Notes: generated by a model from the letters alone, not told the origin. Counted from the first letter of the stretch, positions 1 to 10,985 are shown. The stretch: 64,000 bases of DNA from an uncultured virus (IMG/VR IMGVR_UViG_3300039099_000002) (IMGVR_UViG_3300039099_000002); one strand, 5' to 3'. Numbers and translations: made by a program.

Positions 1-229
1 CGTAGGAAGATATGGCTTCTTCATACCTGCCTAAATTGTCTAGGGAAATGCCCCGGTTGTACCAAGCTTCGTGATAATCAGGTTTAAATTCCACAGCTTT
101 GTCGTAGGAAGATATGGCTTCTTCATACCTGCCTAAATTGTCTAGGGAAATGCCCCGGTTGTACCAAGCTTCGTGATAATCAGGTTTAAATTCCACAGCT
201 TTGTCGTAGGAAGATATGGCTTCTTCATA
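1..229. repeat. Identical 102-bp tandem repeat (34-aa TPR units), about 2.25 copies visible
   Basis: cgtaggaagatatggcttcttcata starts at 1, 103 and 205. Confidence 0.95.
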
Positions 230-952
230 ATTTTTTCTAACTCTTTGCAAATAACCTAATTCAAAAAATAATTCAGCTTTTTGTTCATTATCTATTTCAT
301 GTTCAATAATATCTATAATTTCTAAGATTTTCTGATTTGTTTCTTCATTGGTTAAATTTGCATATTTCTCATAAGTTCCTTCTTGAATAATCCTTGTAGC
401 TTCTTGTTCTAGAGTTTTTGAATCTAAAAGAAAATCAAATAAACCAGAACGCCAATCAAAGAAATCGGGGGCGCGGTGAATAAAATATTTAATTGCAAAC
501 TGCGGTAATAAAAATACAAAACAAATATTAAAACTATCTCTAAACCGTTCTCGTTGTTGGTTGATATTAATTAAAAACGGTGGTACACTTTCCTGACTAT
601 AATGATGAGTTTCTTTGCTACTCCAACCTGCTAAAGTTTTGGCTTCTTCGTATTTATAGAATGAAGACTCTAAGCCTGTAATAAATAATATATTGATATT
701 GTTTTTGTTAGGCAATTTATCAACTATTGCATATAAATTCGTCACATCTTTATCTAATTTGATAACTTCTATGTTTTGATCATGAATATCTGCTTTCACT
801 TGACTAATTAATTGTTCACCTTCAGCAGGAGAACAACGCACAAATAATATACTAAAGCCGTCTGTAAACTGAAGTGTACGAATAAAGGCTTGGTATTCTT
901 CATCTTTCTTTATTGGTAAATCTTGATCCCAATCAGTGAGTTTAAGAGGCAT
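1..952 (-). CDS. TPR-repeat protein, cyanobacterial host-like; runs off the left edge
   Basis: Translated by hand from ATG at 952: MPLKLTDWDQDLP...APDFFDWRSG..., then YEEAISSYDKAVEFKPDYHEAWYNRGISLDNLGR repeats. Absent from the ORF track because there is no stop in the window. Confidence 0.85.
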   Translation of the reverse strand, partial: MPLKLTDWDQDLPIKKDEEYQAFIRTLQFTDGFSILFVRCSPAEGEQLISQVKADIHDQNIEVIKLDKDVTNLYAIVDKLPNKNNINILFITGLESSFYKYEEAKTLAGWSSKETHHYSQESVPPFLININQQRERFRDSFNICFVFLLPQFAIKYFIHRAPDFFDWRSGLFDFLLDSKTLEQEATRIIQEGTYEKYANLTNEETNQKILEIIDIIEHEIDNEQKAELFFELGYLQRVRKNYEEAISSYDKAVEFKPDYHEAWYNRGISLDNLGRYEEAISSYDKAVEFKPDYHEAWYNRGISLDNLGRYEEAISSY

Positions 953-1115
953 AATTTTAGAGGATTTTTTAATAAAATTGTTATTAATAGTTCTGCAAAT
1001 TCACCGTCAACACTAAAAAATTCCTTTTTTCCATCTGAATCTTCGCCAACCATCTTAATTTCTGGTCTATAAAGGTAATGCTATACACCTCATCTTCGTA
1101 TTGAAATGTCACAAT

Positions 1116-1247
1116 CTAAGGTTTAATATCTAAAATGGTATGACAGCTATCAACCTCTTTGCGAATAAAACCCTTTATGTTCTTATTTTTTGCTAGATCA
1201 ATCAACTCGCAAACATTTAGCGTTTTCTGGGTTTTTGTAGTTGTCAT
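1116..1247 (-). CDS. Small hypothetical protein, possibly truncated by an in-frame TAG
   Basis: ATG at 1247 follows an AC-rich leader and the promoter at 1283-1311. The frame stays open about 40 codons past the TAG. Confidence 0.4.
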   Translation of the reverse strand: MTTTKTQKTLNVCELIDLAKNKNIKGFIRKEVDSCHTILDIKP

Positions 1248-1282
1248 TGTTTGGTGTTTTTGTGTTTGTTTTCTATACATTA

Positions 1283-1311
1283 ATATTACTATGATTAACA
1301 AATAAAGTCAA
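1283..1311 (-). promoter_or_regulatory. Conserved sigma70-type promoter TTGACT-N17-TAATAT
   Basis: One of at least 14 copies of a family that also shares spacer sequence. Confidence 0.75.
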
Positions 1312-1383
1312 GCATTATTTTTGGTTATTTTATAATCATAAATCTTATAATATACATATTAATTTCATGAGACTTATTTTGAC

Positions 1384-1617
1384 ATGAATCAAACTTGCTC
1401 TAAATGTAATTATTGGGAAAGTGAAAGCGCAATAGAGTCTAATAATGTCAGATTTGCTACGTGTGGTAATCCAAAAATAAAATATAACAACACCGACAGA
1501 AATTTGCCAAATAATTGTTCTGGTGAAGAATTATTTTATGAAGATAGTGATGGGTTCGCTGCACCACCTTGGATGGGGGAATTATTTGGCTGTGTCCACT
1601 GGGAAGCAAAATCTTAA
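1384..1617 (+). CDS. Small Cys-rich hypothetical phage protein
   Basis: ORF with N-terminal CxxC and C-terminal FGCVHWE. Confidence 0.6.
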   Translation: MNQTCSKCNYWESESAIESNNVRFATCGNPKIKYNNTDRNLPNNCSGEELFYEDSDGFAAPPWMGELFGCVHWEAKS

Positions 1618-1722
1618 ATCCGACGAGATAATCCCTAAAAAATGCCGTCAATGTCAAATTAAAAAATAGGTATGAGAACTAATTTTTTCTCATACCTATC
1701 AAATTTATCTCAATACTTAAAA

Positions 1723-3537
1723 TTATAAGCTACTTTTTGATATTGAATGGCTAATAATTTGTGGCTGGATTGTGGTTTTTCCCATGTAAGAATTGTCGTC
1801 AAGTTTAAAAACAACATCCAACATTTCTGGAAGCGGAAAATATCGTGCATAGCTCCACGCAACGCACCTGATTTCGTGGTATATACCATCAACAACCTGG
1901 GACAGTGTAATACTGGCGTGCGTTTTATCTCTCCCCATTAACTCTTGCTTGACAACCTTGACATTTTTAGCTAAAAATACAGGCTCAGGGTTGCCAATGC
2001 CAACAGGTGCGAGTATTTTGCTTTCGACAAAAATCTGGGGTATTTCTGCAAAGTTTATCTCTGTATCTACCCTGTAAAGAGGTTTCACGTCTTCCTCTCT
2101 GATGCACCCATTGGCAAAATTTATCAATCCTTGTCGCAAAGCATCATAGTTGTCAAAATTTAATGAACCACCACCGGCGAGTGGGTGTCCGCCAAATTTT
2201 ATAAATAAATCGCTGTTGGCTCTCATTGCATCCCCAACAGAAAATTCTGGTATCCCTCTGGCAGAAAATTTTATCTGTTTATCTTTTTCCACTATCACGC
2301 CCACAAATGCTGGCACACCGTAATTCTCGACCAACTTAGAAGCAACCAGTCCCACAACACCAGGATGCCAATTTTCAGCAATCAGAAAAAGCACTTTATC
2401 CTGTTTTAAGGCTTGCTTGAATTTAAATTCAACTTGGGCGATCGCCTGTTCTGTTGTACTTTTTGACAACATCTGTCGTTCATAGTTGCAAGCCGCGCAC
2501 TTAATTGCCAACTCCTTAGCAATTTGCGGATCGTCCGTGGTTAGTAATTCCACAATAATTTTAGGATCGCCAATCCTACCAATGGCATTGATCATTGGGG
2601 CGATTTTAAAACCAATATCAGCGGTCGAGACTGAATTACTGTTTCTGATTTGAGACTGGGCAATTAGAGCCGCAACGCCTGGGATACCACAATTACCTAT
2701 GTTTTTCATCCCTCGCCGCACCCACCGACGATTTATCCCAGTCAATGTGGCCATATCGGCAATAGTGCCAAGTGCGGCCAGGGTGATTGCTTGAACGATA
2801 AAATCCTTTTTTCCTAAATCCAATGCAACTGCTGCTGCCAGAATATATGCCACACCAACACCCGCTAAATTTTCATATATTGAATCCTCTGGCAGCAATC
2901 TAGGGTTTAAGATCGCATCGGCATTTGGTAAAATTTCTGGAATTTCGTGGTGGTCGGTGATTATTAGTTTTACACCCAGTTCTTTGCACTTGTCGGCAGA
3001 TGTTACAGAGGTTATGCCGTTGTCTACCGTGATAATCAGTTTTACTCCATCCAATGCCAATTTCTCAACAATAGCCGGGTTGATGGCATAACCTTCTGCT
3101 ATGCGGTCTGGTATTTGATAATTAATATCAGCATTTAAGCTTTTAAAAGTTCTGATTAGAAGTGCCGTGGATGTCATTCCATCCGCATCATAGTCACCGA
3201 CAATAGCAATCTTCTCTTTGTTATTTATCGCGTTTATGATTAATTCCTTTGCTGTAGCTAAGTCCTTAAAATGCAATTCGGGGTTATCAACCTGAGTTTT
3301 TTCTGGATCAGCGAACAAATAAAATTGTTCTTTATTAGTAATACCCCTATTGTTTAGCAACTGCCAAAATTTGTCGCTATATGTTGATACATTTTCTGTT
3401 CCAGAGTTTAGCCGATAAAGATGTAATAACCTATGGTCAGGGGCTTTAGCAGAAACAACAACAGGAATCTCATTTTGTGTTTCTGAAGCTAAATCAAATA
3501 ATGGTAATGTTGTCTGAATGCTTTTAGAGTTTGACAT
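1723..3537 (-). CDS. recJ: Single-stranded-DNA exonuclease RecJ (DHH family)
   Basis: GDYDADG, TVDNG, TDHH, GTIADM, INAIGR, WHPGVVGLVAS and GGHPLAGG motifs. Confidence 0.95.
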   Translation of the reverse strand: MSNSKSIQTTLPLFDLASETQNEIPVVVSAKAPDHRLLHLYRLNSGTENVSTYSDKFWQLLNNRGITNKEQFYLFADPEKTQVDNPELHFKDLATAKELIINAINNKEKIAIVGDYDADGMTSTALLIRTFKSLNADINYQIPDRIAEGYAINPAIVEKLALDGVKLIITVDNGITSVTSADKCKELGVKLIITDHHEIPEILPNADAILNPRLLPEDSIYENLAGVGVAYILAAAVALDLGKKDFIVQAITLAALGTIADMATLTGINRRWVRRGMKNIGNCGIPGVAALIAQSQIRNSNSVSTADIGFKIAPMINAIGRIGDPKIIVELLTTDDPQIAKELAIKCAACNYERQMLSKSTTEQAIAQVEFKFKQALKQDKVLFLIAENWHPGVVGLVASKLVENYGVPAFVGVIVEKDKQIKFSARGIPEFSVGDAMRANSDLFIKFGGHPLAGGGSLNFDNYDALRQGLINFANGCIREEDVKPLYRVDTEINFAEIPQIFVESKILAPVGIGNPEPVFLAKNVKVVKQELMGRDKTHASITLSQVVDGIYHEIRCVAWSYARYFPLPEMLDVVFKLDDNSYMGKTTIQPQIISHSISKSSL

Positions 3538-3665
3538 TTGTATTTTCGCGTGTTTTTATAGTTTTTGCAGACTCATATATTATACATTGTTTACAGACAA
3601 AGCACAATAGGGTTTGTTGTAATATTTCAAAAACAAGCGAAAATTATTAACTATAGTTTTGGTAT

Positions 3666-3917
3666 TTATCCGAACAAAACCTTTGAGATGTGATCTATTT
3701 GGATTTTTTTGCCTATAGCTATTCCGCACTCAATAGCATTAAGATGAGCATTCACAATCGTTGGTATATGCTTAACTGGAAAGTCTTTAGGCAATGTTAG
3801 CTCAATATCACCGTCTTCAGTGGATATATCAATGTTTTCATAATTATTGACCATGTAATACTTGTGATTATCTTTTCCGTAAGTTCCAATAAACCACCTT
3901 TCTATTTCTGATTTCAT
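3666..3917 (-). CDS. Hypothetical protein driven by the element A outward promoter
   Basis: Likely start ATG 3917 (MKSEIERWF), just downstream of promoter 3949-3977. Confidence 0.6.
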   Translation of the reverse strand: MKSEIERWFIGTYGKDNHKYYMVNNYENIDISTEDGDIELTLPKDFPVKHIPTIVNAHLNAIECGIAIGKKIQIDHISKVLFG

Positions 3918-3948
3918 TACTAACCTCTTCTTTTCTCTACTTAAATAT

Positions 3949-4805
3949 ATATTACTGCGGACAACCAATAAAGTAAAGCGCATTTTTAATTTATTTTTGT
4001 ATTACAGACGTATTACAAGAATTTTAGACATAGGTGCGTACTTGCATAATTTTTTGATTTTAATCAAAAATAAAATTGGGAAGATGATCACTTTCTTATA
4101 GGAAAATGCCCTTTTTTCTTTGCATCTTCCCTTTACTTTTGACACACCTTATGTTATAATCCGCCACAGATTTTTTAACGAGAGAATGCGGGTTTGAGGC
4201 GTGTTACAAGATTTTGATTTTATCGGCGTTAGTCCAGGCTGGGAACGAATGCTTGGTTTATGGTTTTGGGGATGGCTGCGGGGAAATATTACCAAAACAC
4301 AAAACCCTTGCTGTGCGGGGATTACAATATGTTTTTTATCGCCAAGGGTGGACAGATTTTAGGTTTTTAGCTGGTGGCACGGGCGTTGTTAGGGCGTTGG
4401 TGCAAATGGTTGGTTTGCGGCTTGGGGGACGGCTGCGGGGAGCGATCGCTAAAAACACAAAACCCTTGCTGTGCGGATATTGCAATATGTTTTTTGTCGC
4501 CAAGGCTGGACAGATTTTAGGTTTTTAAGCCGGTGGCACGGGCGTTGTTAGGGCGTTGGTACAAATGTTTGGGTTGTGGGGGACGGCTGCGGGAAATATT
4601 ACCAAAAGCTGAAACCATTACTGTGCGGGGATTGCAATATGTTTTTACCACCAAAGTTGAGCAGATTTTAGGTTTTCTAGCCGATGACACGGGGCGTTGT
4701 TAGGGTGTTGGTGCAAATGTTTGGTTTATAGTTTTGGGTCGGCTGCGGGGGAAATATTACCAAAACACAAAACCCTTGCTGTGCGGGGATTACAATATGT
4801 TTTTC
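3949..4805 (+). repeat. Dispersed element copy A: outward promoter, conserved head and about 4 tandem 152-158 bp units
   Basis: Head near-identical to copies B-G. The unit marker caatatgtttt occurs at about 4325, 4483, 4635 and 4793. Confidence 0.95.
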
Positions 4806-4820
4806 TCCCAAAAGACATAA

Positions 4821-4859
4821 ACAAGCAGCACCATAAAATTAATTTATGGTGCTGCTTGT
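4821..4859. terminator. 17-bp-stem palindrome, probable bidirectional terminator
   Basis: acaagcagcaccataaa / tttatggtgctgcttgt, between array A and a convergent gene. Confidence 0.7.
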
Positions 4860-4874
4860 AATTCTTGCTTATTA

Positions 4875-5711
4875 CTAACCTTCAAAGTCTGGATTGACCC
4901 ACGCTCCTCTAACTCGAACTGGCTTAATATCTTTTCTTCCTTCCCCACAGGGCTGCAATCTCCAATGATGCGAACGATAGTGCTTTGATTTTTTTGCCGT
5001 TTCCTTTTGTCCTTCTCCCCTCTCGGTTATCCTGTTGTTGGTTTTTTCGTTGCCTAACCATCTTGGAAATCTATATTCTGATGGTTTTGCCATACCAAAT
5101 CCCCTTGATTGTGTCGGGCTTTTCATTTCTTGCTGGATCTCTGGATAATATTGCAACAATAATATTGACTGCAAAACAATATTTCTAACTAAAAACGCTG
5201 CATCCTTTTCAAGTCCTGACAGAATAAATGGCGATCGCTTTATAGTTCCATCCCACCTGATGCCCTTACCAGAAAAAAGTAATGTGTTATTTGAGTCGAA
5301 GCACCCCCAAAAAATTAAATACTTGTATTCGTTGTTTTCGCTGTTCTTGACATCATTTTCGACTATATCAACTATTAAATAGTCAATAAATCCGTTCCCC
5401 ACTGGTGATTTTATTGTGGATTCTGGGAAACATAGCAAATACGTTGGTACGCCCAAGTCAATGTTTTTAAACAGCGAAATATTATCACCAACATCAGTTT
5501 CTAACATCTCTTCAATTAGCGATCGGCGCACACAATAAACTGGATAACCGATAAACCATTTTTCATACAAGTAAGCAAGGTTTTTACCAACATTTATGTC
5601 ATTTGTTAAATCGCAAGGTTTTTGTGCGGACAACAATGATATTTTGTCTGAGTGGTCTAAAAAGTTCGCCCATTTTATATAATCCTGTGGCAATTTGTAT
5701 GGCTTTATCAT
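4875..5711 (-). CDS. Hypothetical phage protein
   Basis: 278-aa ORF with AC-rich leader and C-terminal HYRSHHWRLQPCG...WV motif seen in phage proteins. Confidence 0.75.
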   Translation of the reverse strand: MIKPYKLPQDYIKWANFLDHSDKISLLSAQKPCDLTNDINVGKNLAYLYEKWFIGYPVYCVRRSLIEEMLETDVGDNISLFKNIDLGVPTYLLCFPESTIKSPVGNGFIDYLIVDIVENDVKNSENNEYKYLIFWGCFDSNNTLLFSGKGIRWDGTIKRSPFILSGLEKDAAFLVRNIVLQSILLLQYYPEIQQEMKSPTQSRGFGMAKPSEYRFPRWLGNEKTNNRITERGEGQKETAKKSKHYRSHHWRLQPCGEGRKDIKPVRVRGAWVNPDFEG

Positions 5712-6173
5712 TGTATTTTTGTATTGTGTTTTTACTGTGTCTTGTTTTGCTTTTTATACATAAACTTCTTGTCCGTCGTCTAAGTACAAAAGTCTACTTT
5801 GTTCCATGATTTTACCATATTGATTTTACAAAATCAATATGGTATTTATATTGATTAAATATTGCTAAAATTGGAATCGCGCATCTTAATTGAAAGTCCA
5901 AGTGCAAAAAAATAAAAACATGGACACAAAATTTGTGCCGTTTCGCAAAATAAAATATGTTGCTTGCGAGTTGTGCGCTTTTGCGAATATTTGCAGCAAC
6001 TCACAACAATAAATGTAGACGCGAGCCATAAAATATAATTTATGCTTTTTGATGTGTCGCAACTGATTTTTAATTTATAGAATTATCCAGAAAAAAAATA
6101 TTTTTTTAAAATAAATAGCAACAGAATGATATACAATATATTTTGAACACAGTTTAATCTATTTAGAATTTTT

Positions 6174-6671
6174 ATGAAAAGATCCACACAGGCTGGGAAA
6201 ATTCAGACATTGTTTATCAATGGACAATACAACGAGACAACAGCAAAGGCTCTGATTGAGCAAAATATTCTTGAGTACAAAAACTCAAAAGGGAAAAAAC
6301 CGCCAACAAGATATATTTTAAAAAGAGTATATAATATAACGCCAAGCGGTAACAATAAAAAATACCAAACCGCCTTAGATGAATTAGAATATTTAACGGG
6401 AATCTCATGGAGAAGAATATCTTCGGCAAGTGCTTCACTTCGAGAACAATGTTATTTAAAACAAGGTTTTTTAGTTCTTGGCAACAACTCAATCAACCTG
6501 AAACTAATCAATATGATTATTTCAAACGACATTAATTTAGTCCTGATTGTCGATAAAATTATTTACGACAACTGGGGTGAAGATGATATTTTTCTAAGCA
6601 AAGGTGCAGACTGCAAACTAAACTCATGCGATCGCGCAATGATGGCAAGAATTAAAAGTTTGCTGTTATAA
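6174..6671 (+). CDS. Hypothetical protein
   Basis: 165-aa ORF. Confidence 0.6.
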   Translation: MKRSTQAGKIQTLFINGQYNETTAKALIEQNILEYKNSKGKKPPTRYILKRVYNITPSGNNKKYQTALDELEYLTGISWRRISSASASLREQCYLKQGFLVLGNNSINLKLINMIISNDINLVLIVDKIIYDNWGEDDIFLSKGADCKLNSCDRAMMARIKSLLL

Positions 6672-6821
6672 TAGTCGGTGGTAGTTAAGAATCTAGAGAC
6701 ACTTTGATAATGGTGAAAAATTTCACCATTATTTTTGCCCTGTTTGTGATATTGATTCAATATTAAATAAATATTAGATACACAAAAACAATATATTGGT
6801 TTTAATTAGTGGCGATTGTCC

Positions 6822-7120
6822 GCCAAGAGGAAAGCGGTAGCGTTGGGAGCTTCGCGTCTTCAGACCGAAGGGGAAAACGCACACGGGCGAATTGATTCGC
6901 CTTCAATATTGTGTTATAATTAAGTTGTCAGTACAAGACATAAAAACCTACCGGGGGACTCTCGGAAAGTATACGCTTGTCAGATATGATTTCGCCCTTT
7001 GGGCAAACGAAGTCAGGGCAAGAACCCAATATTAAGGCAATGTCTGAAACTGGGATAACTGAGGGACATAGACTGAACCCCTCTATAGAATCTGCGTCTC
7101 TTTAGAGCGCAGAGTGTCAA
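6822..7120 (+). mobile_element. Non-autonomous IS200/IS605 (TnpB-type) mini-element with omega-RNA-like body; left boundary approximate
   Basis: Left-end-like gtcttcagac hairpin; internal promoter TTGATT-N17-TATAAT (6892-6920); taccgggggactctcggaaagtatacgcttg resembles a tnpB 3' region; right end agaatctgcgtctctttagagcgcagagtgTCAA; no transposase or TnpB ORF. Confidence 0.75.
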
Positions 7121-7179
7121 ACCCCGCCAACTCAACAGAACTTAACCAAACTTGAGCCTGATAATTGGGGTCAGAAAGC

Positions 7180-7425
7180 CTAGTCTTGCGGCTTATTTTC
7201 TTCTACTAGAGGTTCAATATTCGGCTGATTTTTGCTTTGCTCAAACCAAGCAACGCAAGATTCTAATACCGAATAAGCAACCCAACCACTATCTGTTAAT
7301 TGGGATTGAGTTCTTACATTGTGTGCGTTTCTTGTCTTGGCTATACCTTGTATTAATTCTTCTTGTGTTAAAGTAACACCTTCAGAATTTGTGTACTCAT
7401 TGGGAATCTCAATCTTGATAAGCAT
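7180..7425 (-). CDS. Small protein coupled to the tail-fibre gene (possible assembly chaperone)
   Basis: Start overlaps the stop of 7425-8807. Confidence 0.55.
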   Translation of the reverse strand: MLIKIEIPNEYTNSEGVTLTQEELIQGIAKTRNAHNVRTQSQLTDSGWVAYSVLESCVAWFEQSKNQPNIEPLVEENKPQD

Positions 7426-8807
7426 TAGTAGGAAACCTCGTTAAATTGTAATGTACAGTTGACTCTAATAGTTGTGGATGATTGTCCGGTAAATTCTACT
7501 TTTAAACAACCATTAGTTGTGTCCGCAGAAATAGTAACAACCCAAGAACTTGCACCGCTATCTTGGGATATCAAAGTAGTCGTAACTAAACCCACTAAAA
7601 AAGTAGCAGCAGCATTAGCACCTCTTTTTATTAATCCTTTAAACTCCCAGCAAGAAGAATTGCCACCATTTGTTATTGCCGCTACTATTCTACCACTAAA
7701 AGCTAAAGTAGAATTGTTGCTTAAAGTTAGCTGGTTGGTTGTACCTGGTGCATTTGCGTCAGAAGTTAATGTCGTTATTGTGGCATTTGTTGTTTGCTTT
7801 CCTAATACTAGAAAACCTGCTTGGTATTTATCTTGTAGTATGTTTTGTGGGAGTAATAGCACTCCAGATATACTTCTACTATTACTATTTGAAAAAACAA
7901 CCGAATCTATACCATTAGATGTAGCGTTTTCTTCCAAAGCTATACTATTGCTACCACTAGCTGTACTATTTTTCCCTACCAGAAATGAGTTACCGCCACT
8001 AGCTACTTGAGACGCTAAAAGCCTTTGTAGCTGTAAATCAATAGCTCTAGTTCCTCGCGCATTACCTCCAGTAGCGGTATTGTCAGGGGTTTGGGTTACT
8101 AACGCGCCTGTATTACTGGGGGAAATTATTAAATTTGTATCCCAAGGCGACCTGATTCCCTTACTACATTCAATTATCTGTTTACTAAAAGTGACACCGT
8201 TTGAGTATCTGAAACTAGAAAGAGAGTAAAATGAAGTAACAGTGGTATCAATACTGGAAGTATTTAAAGGTGTAAATTCATTATCTGGTGAATTGAAAAC
8301 GAATTTAACTGTATAAGGATACCCACCATTACCTTGCCCTGCAAGCCTAAAAAATATTTTGTAGATGCTAATATCATATTTCACTTCTAACCAGCACCCC
8401 TCATGTCCGTAAAAACCAACTTCTTCCTGAGCATCTAGTCTTTGCCAAGAACCTGTAAATCCTGTAGCATAATGCCAGTGAAGATTATATATTTTCGCGC
8501 CTCTATACTCGCGGAAAATTTGTATTTGTACAAAATCTGATACTCCTGAAAATGATCCTAACTCAATTACCGTGTTAGAAACGTTAGGCATAGTGCCAGA
8601 AACGTAGCTCACTTTTGATTGGCTATACCATGTATCACCATTCCAGTAAAAATCTGTTCCATTAGCAGAGTTATACCATCTATCTCTAGCCACTAAACCA
8701 CTACCATCAGGTCTAGTAGTTGGTTTAGTGCTTTGATTTATATAACACACATTATTAATTAAAGCCCCATTTGGAATAATGCTGGGGGACACGTAAATCA
8801 TTCCCAT
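7425..8807 (-). CDS. Tail fibre / virion structural protein
   Basis: Thr/Ser/Asn/Gly-rich beta-strand protein with a ASGGNSF...ASGSNS adhesin-like stretch. Confidence 0.65.
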   Translation of the reverse strand: MGMIYVSPSIIPNGALINNVCYINQSTKPTTRPDGSGLVARDRWYNSANGTDFYWNGDTWYSQSKVSYVSGTMPNVSNTVIELGSFSGVSDFVQIQIFREYRGAKIYNLHWHYATGFTGSWQRLDAQEEVGFYGHEGCWLEVKYDISIYKIFFRLAGQGNGGYPYTVKFVFNSPDNEFTPLNTSSIDTTVTSFYSLSSFRYSNGVTFSKQIIECSKGIRSPWDTNLIISPSNTGALVTQTPDNTATGGNARGTRAIDLQLQRLLASQVASGGNSFLVGKNSTASGSNSIALEENATSNGIDSVVFSNSNSRSISGVLLLPQNILQDKYQAGFLVLGKQTTNATITTLTSDANAPGTTNQLTLSNNSTLAFSGRIVAAITNGGNSSCWEFKGLIKRGANAAATFLVGLVTTTLISQDSGASSWVVTISADTTNGCLKVEFTGQSSTTIRVNCTLQFNEVSY

Positions 8808-9457
8808 TATTTATACCTCACTTCTGCATAAATTGGAGTTATTGGTGCTATTGTTGAACTGTCAGCAAGTCCAGTTACACAAGCAATAGAAATACCTGTA
8901 GAAAACACTTCTTGAGGAATCAACGAAGCTTCAAGAAAGTTAATGCCTGGATTACTAGCACTACCGCCAGGGACAGCTTGAGTTAGCAAAACAGGAGAAA
9001 TACCCACAGTTACGTTAGTTGCCAAATTGTAAAACTTTACATACACAGTTACAGAGTTAGTATTGATAAAGTTCCACCCCATAACCAAGCCGTCAGAAGC
9101 TTTTACCTGTACAGCAGTATTAGTTAATGTTGGATTTCTGCTAGTTAAGTATCCTGACTCGGCGGCTAAATCTACAGGGATTCTTCCATTAACTGAAATT
9201 GGTATTTCGTTTCTCAATAAAGAAAAAATGGAAAATAAAATTCCCAATAGTGTTTTTGGTGAATTATTGTTATAACTACCAGAACTAATTTCCTCCAAAA
9301 ATGGGGCTGGTACTTCACTTTCTTGAACTTCTTCAACAAAATTATCAGACAGCAACGCACTAATCTCTTCTGGAGTTGCATAAATGTGTTCTCCGAAAGT
9401 GAAATATCTATTGTTGTACGACACTTTTCCACGAATAACTTTATAAAAATTTGACAT
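8807..9457 (-). CDS. Probable virion-associated protein
   Basis: Coupled to the tail-fibre gene; beta-rich C-terminal domain (GWNFIN...YVKFYN). Confidence 0.55.
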   Translation of the reverse strand: MSNFYKVIRGKVSYNNRYFTFGEHIYATPEEISALLSDNFVEEVQESEVPAPFLEEISSGSYNNNSPKTLLGILFSIFSLLRNEIPISVNGRIPVDLAAESGYLTSRNPTLTNTAVQVKASDGLVMGWNFINTNSVTVYVKFYNLATNVTVGISPVLLTQAVPGGSASNPGINFLEASLIPQEVFSTGISIACVTGLADSSTIAPITPIYAEVRYK

Positions 9458-9696
9458 ATCTTAATTCTTTTATTTTGGCATATTCTTTTAGTCTAAACCA
9501 TCTGTGATTATTTTAACAGATGCCGACGAGGAGCTTTAGCGTCTTTCTACACAAAATTGCACTATTATATTTAATTATCACCACGAAAGACATATTTAAA
9601 AACCCTGCACTAAGTTTTACGAAGTGCAGGGTTTTTATGTAATTAGGAGTATTCCATCAAGTACACTATACACGATAATTGTGTGCGCCACAATTA

Positions 9697-10212
9697 TCAA
9701 TCTCTTGTCAAATTATTTTTGACTTCTTTGATAATTGAATCGTCAGGAATCCACAATCCCTGGTGTCCTTTTATGGGGATAGGCTTTGTTAAGCGATTAG
9801 TGTTTGATAATTCCCAAGCATATCTTCCTGCTTGCCAATTACCGCATAGCCACTCCAAGAGAGGTGGTCTTTCTCCATTTATAAAAGCATCATCATTGTC
9901 TCCATTGTTAGCTGTCATTTGATCACAATTAGTTAAGTCAACCACACAAAGAACTTTACCCAATGGCAAATACTCTGTGTAAGTTGTGTTTACGCCAAGA
10001 AAATCCAACCTCCTCCTATCAAAAGCCCCTATATCAGTTAAATCAAAAATTTTGTTAATTAATTCGCTGTTTGGTACATATTTCTTTTTAGTAGAGCAGA
10101 TTAAAAGCTTGCCTCTATATTTTGTACTCCATGATCTCGTCTCACGTTTTTTAATCTCCAATGCAATAAGAGATGCCCAGGGTTGGTGCAGAGAAATTGC
10201 TTTGTATTCCAT
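9697..10212 (-). CDS. ASCH-domain protein
   Basis: KAISLHQPWASLIALEIKKRETRSWST.YRG and KGHQGLW motifs. Confidence 0.9.
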   Translation of the reverse strand: MEYKAISLHQPWASLIALEIKKRETRSWSTKYRGKLLICSTKKKYVPNSELINKIFDLTDIGAFDRRRLDFLGVNTTYTEYLPLGKVLCVVDLTNCDQMTANNGDNDDAFINGERPPLLEWLCGNWQAGRYAWELSNTNRLTKPIPIKGHQGLWIPDDSIIKEVKNNLTRD

Positions 10213-10532
10213 TTATTTAATCCTAATTCTGATTTGCGCTAAATTTAGACAAGTCGTTTCTACAATTGGCAGGGTTCTTCAGTTTCTTTTTTATAATCTA
10301 TATCAGTCGCTGCCATCAATTTGGCATTCATTAAACTCGTGTGCAGCAAATTCCCTGGTAAAGAAATCGAAGGCTTGAATTCTAAATCTGTAGCTTTTGT
10401 AGATTTTTCAAGAAGTTCTAATTCAGATTCGATAAGTTTTTTGCTTCTATCAATGCTTTTTTGTATTGTCTGATGTATTTTTGATCAATCATTTTTATAA
10501 TTTCCCTGTGCTGCTTACTAATTCCTGTGTTT

Positions 10533-10985
10533 ATAATACTATGGCTAACAAACAAAGTCAACCCTGCTTTCAAAATCATTTTTATATTACAAACGTATTA
10601 CAAGAATTTTAAATACAGGTGCGTGTTTGCATAATTTTTTGATTTTAATCGAAAATAAAGTTGGGAAGATGATCACTTTCTTATAGGAAACTGTCCTTTT
10701 TTCTTTGCATCTTCCCTTTACTTTTGACACGCCTTATGTTATACTCCGCCACAGATTTTTTAACGAGAGAATGCGGGTTTGAGGCGTGTTACAAGATTTT
10801 GATTTTGGCGACATTGGAAAAGGCTGGGTGCAAGTGTCTGTTTTGCCGGTTTGGAGACGGCTGCGGGGGAGCGATCGCCAAAGCTGCCAGCCTTACTGCG
10901 CGGGGATTGCAATATGTTTTTAGCAGTAAAACTGGGTATCCATTGGGCTTTCTGCCTATGGTGCGGGGCGTTGGCGAGGCGCAAA
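10533..10985 (+). repeat. Dispersed element copy B: promoter, head and about 1.5 units
   Basis: Same head as copy A; followed by an opposite-facing promoter-family copy at 11047-11075. Confidence 0.95.

Noticed and set aside
3999..4020. NtcA boxes in the GTATTACA repeats
   Set aside because: Spacing does not fit GTA-N8-TAC
4250..4805. Arrays as CRISPR
   Set aside because: Units are 152-159 bp and similar along their whole length, with no short constant repeat plus unique spacer and no cas genes in the window
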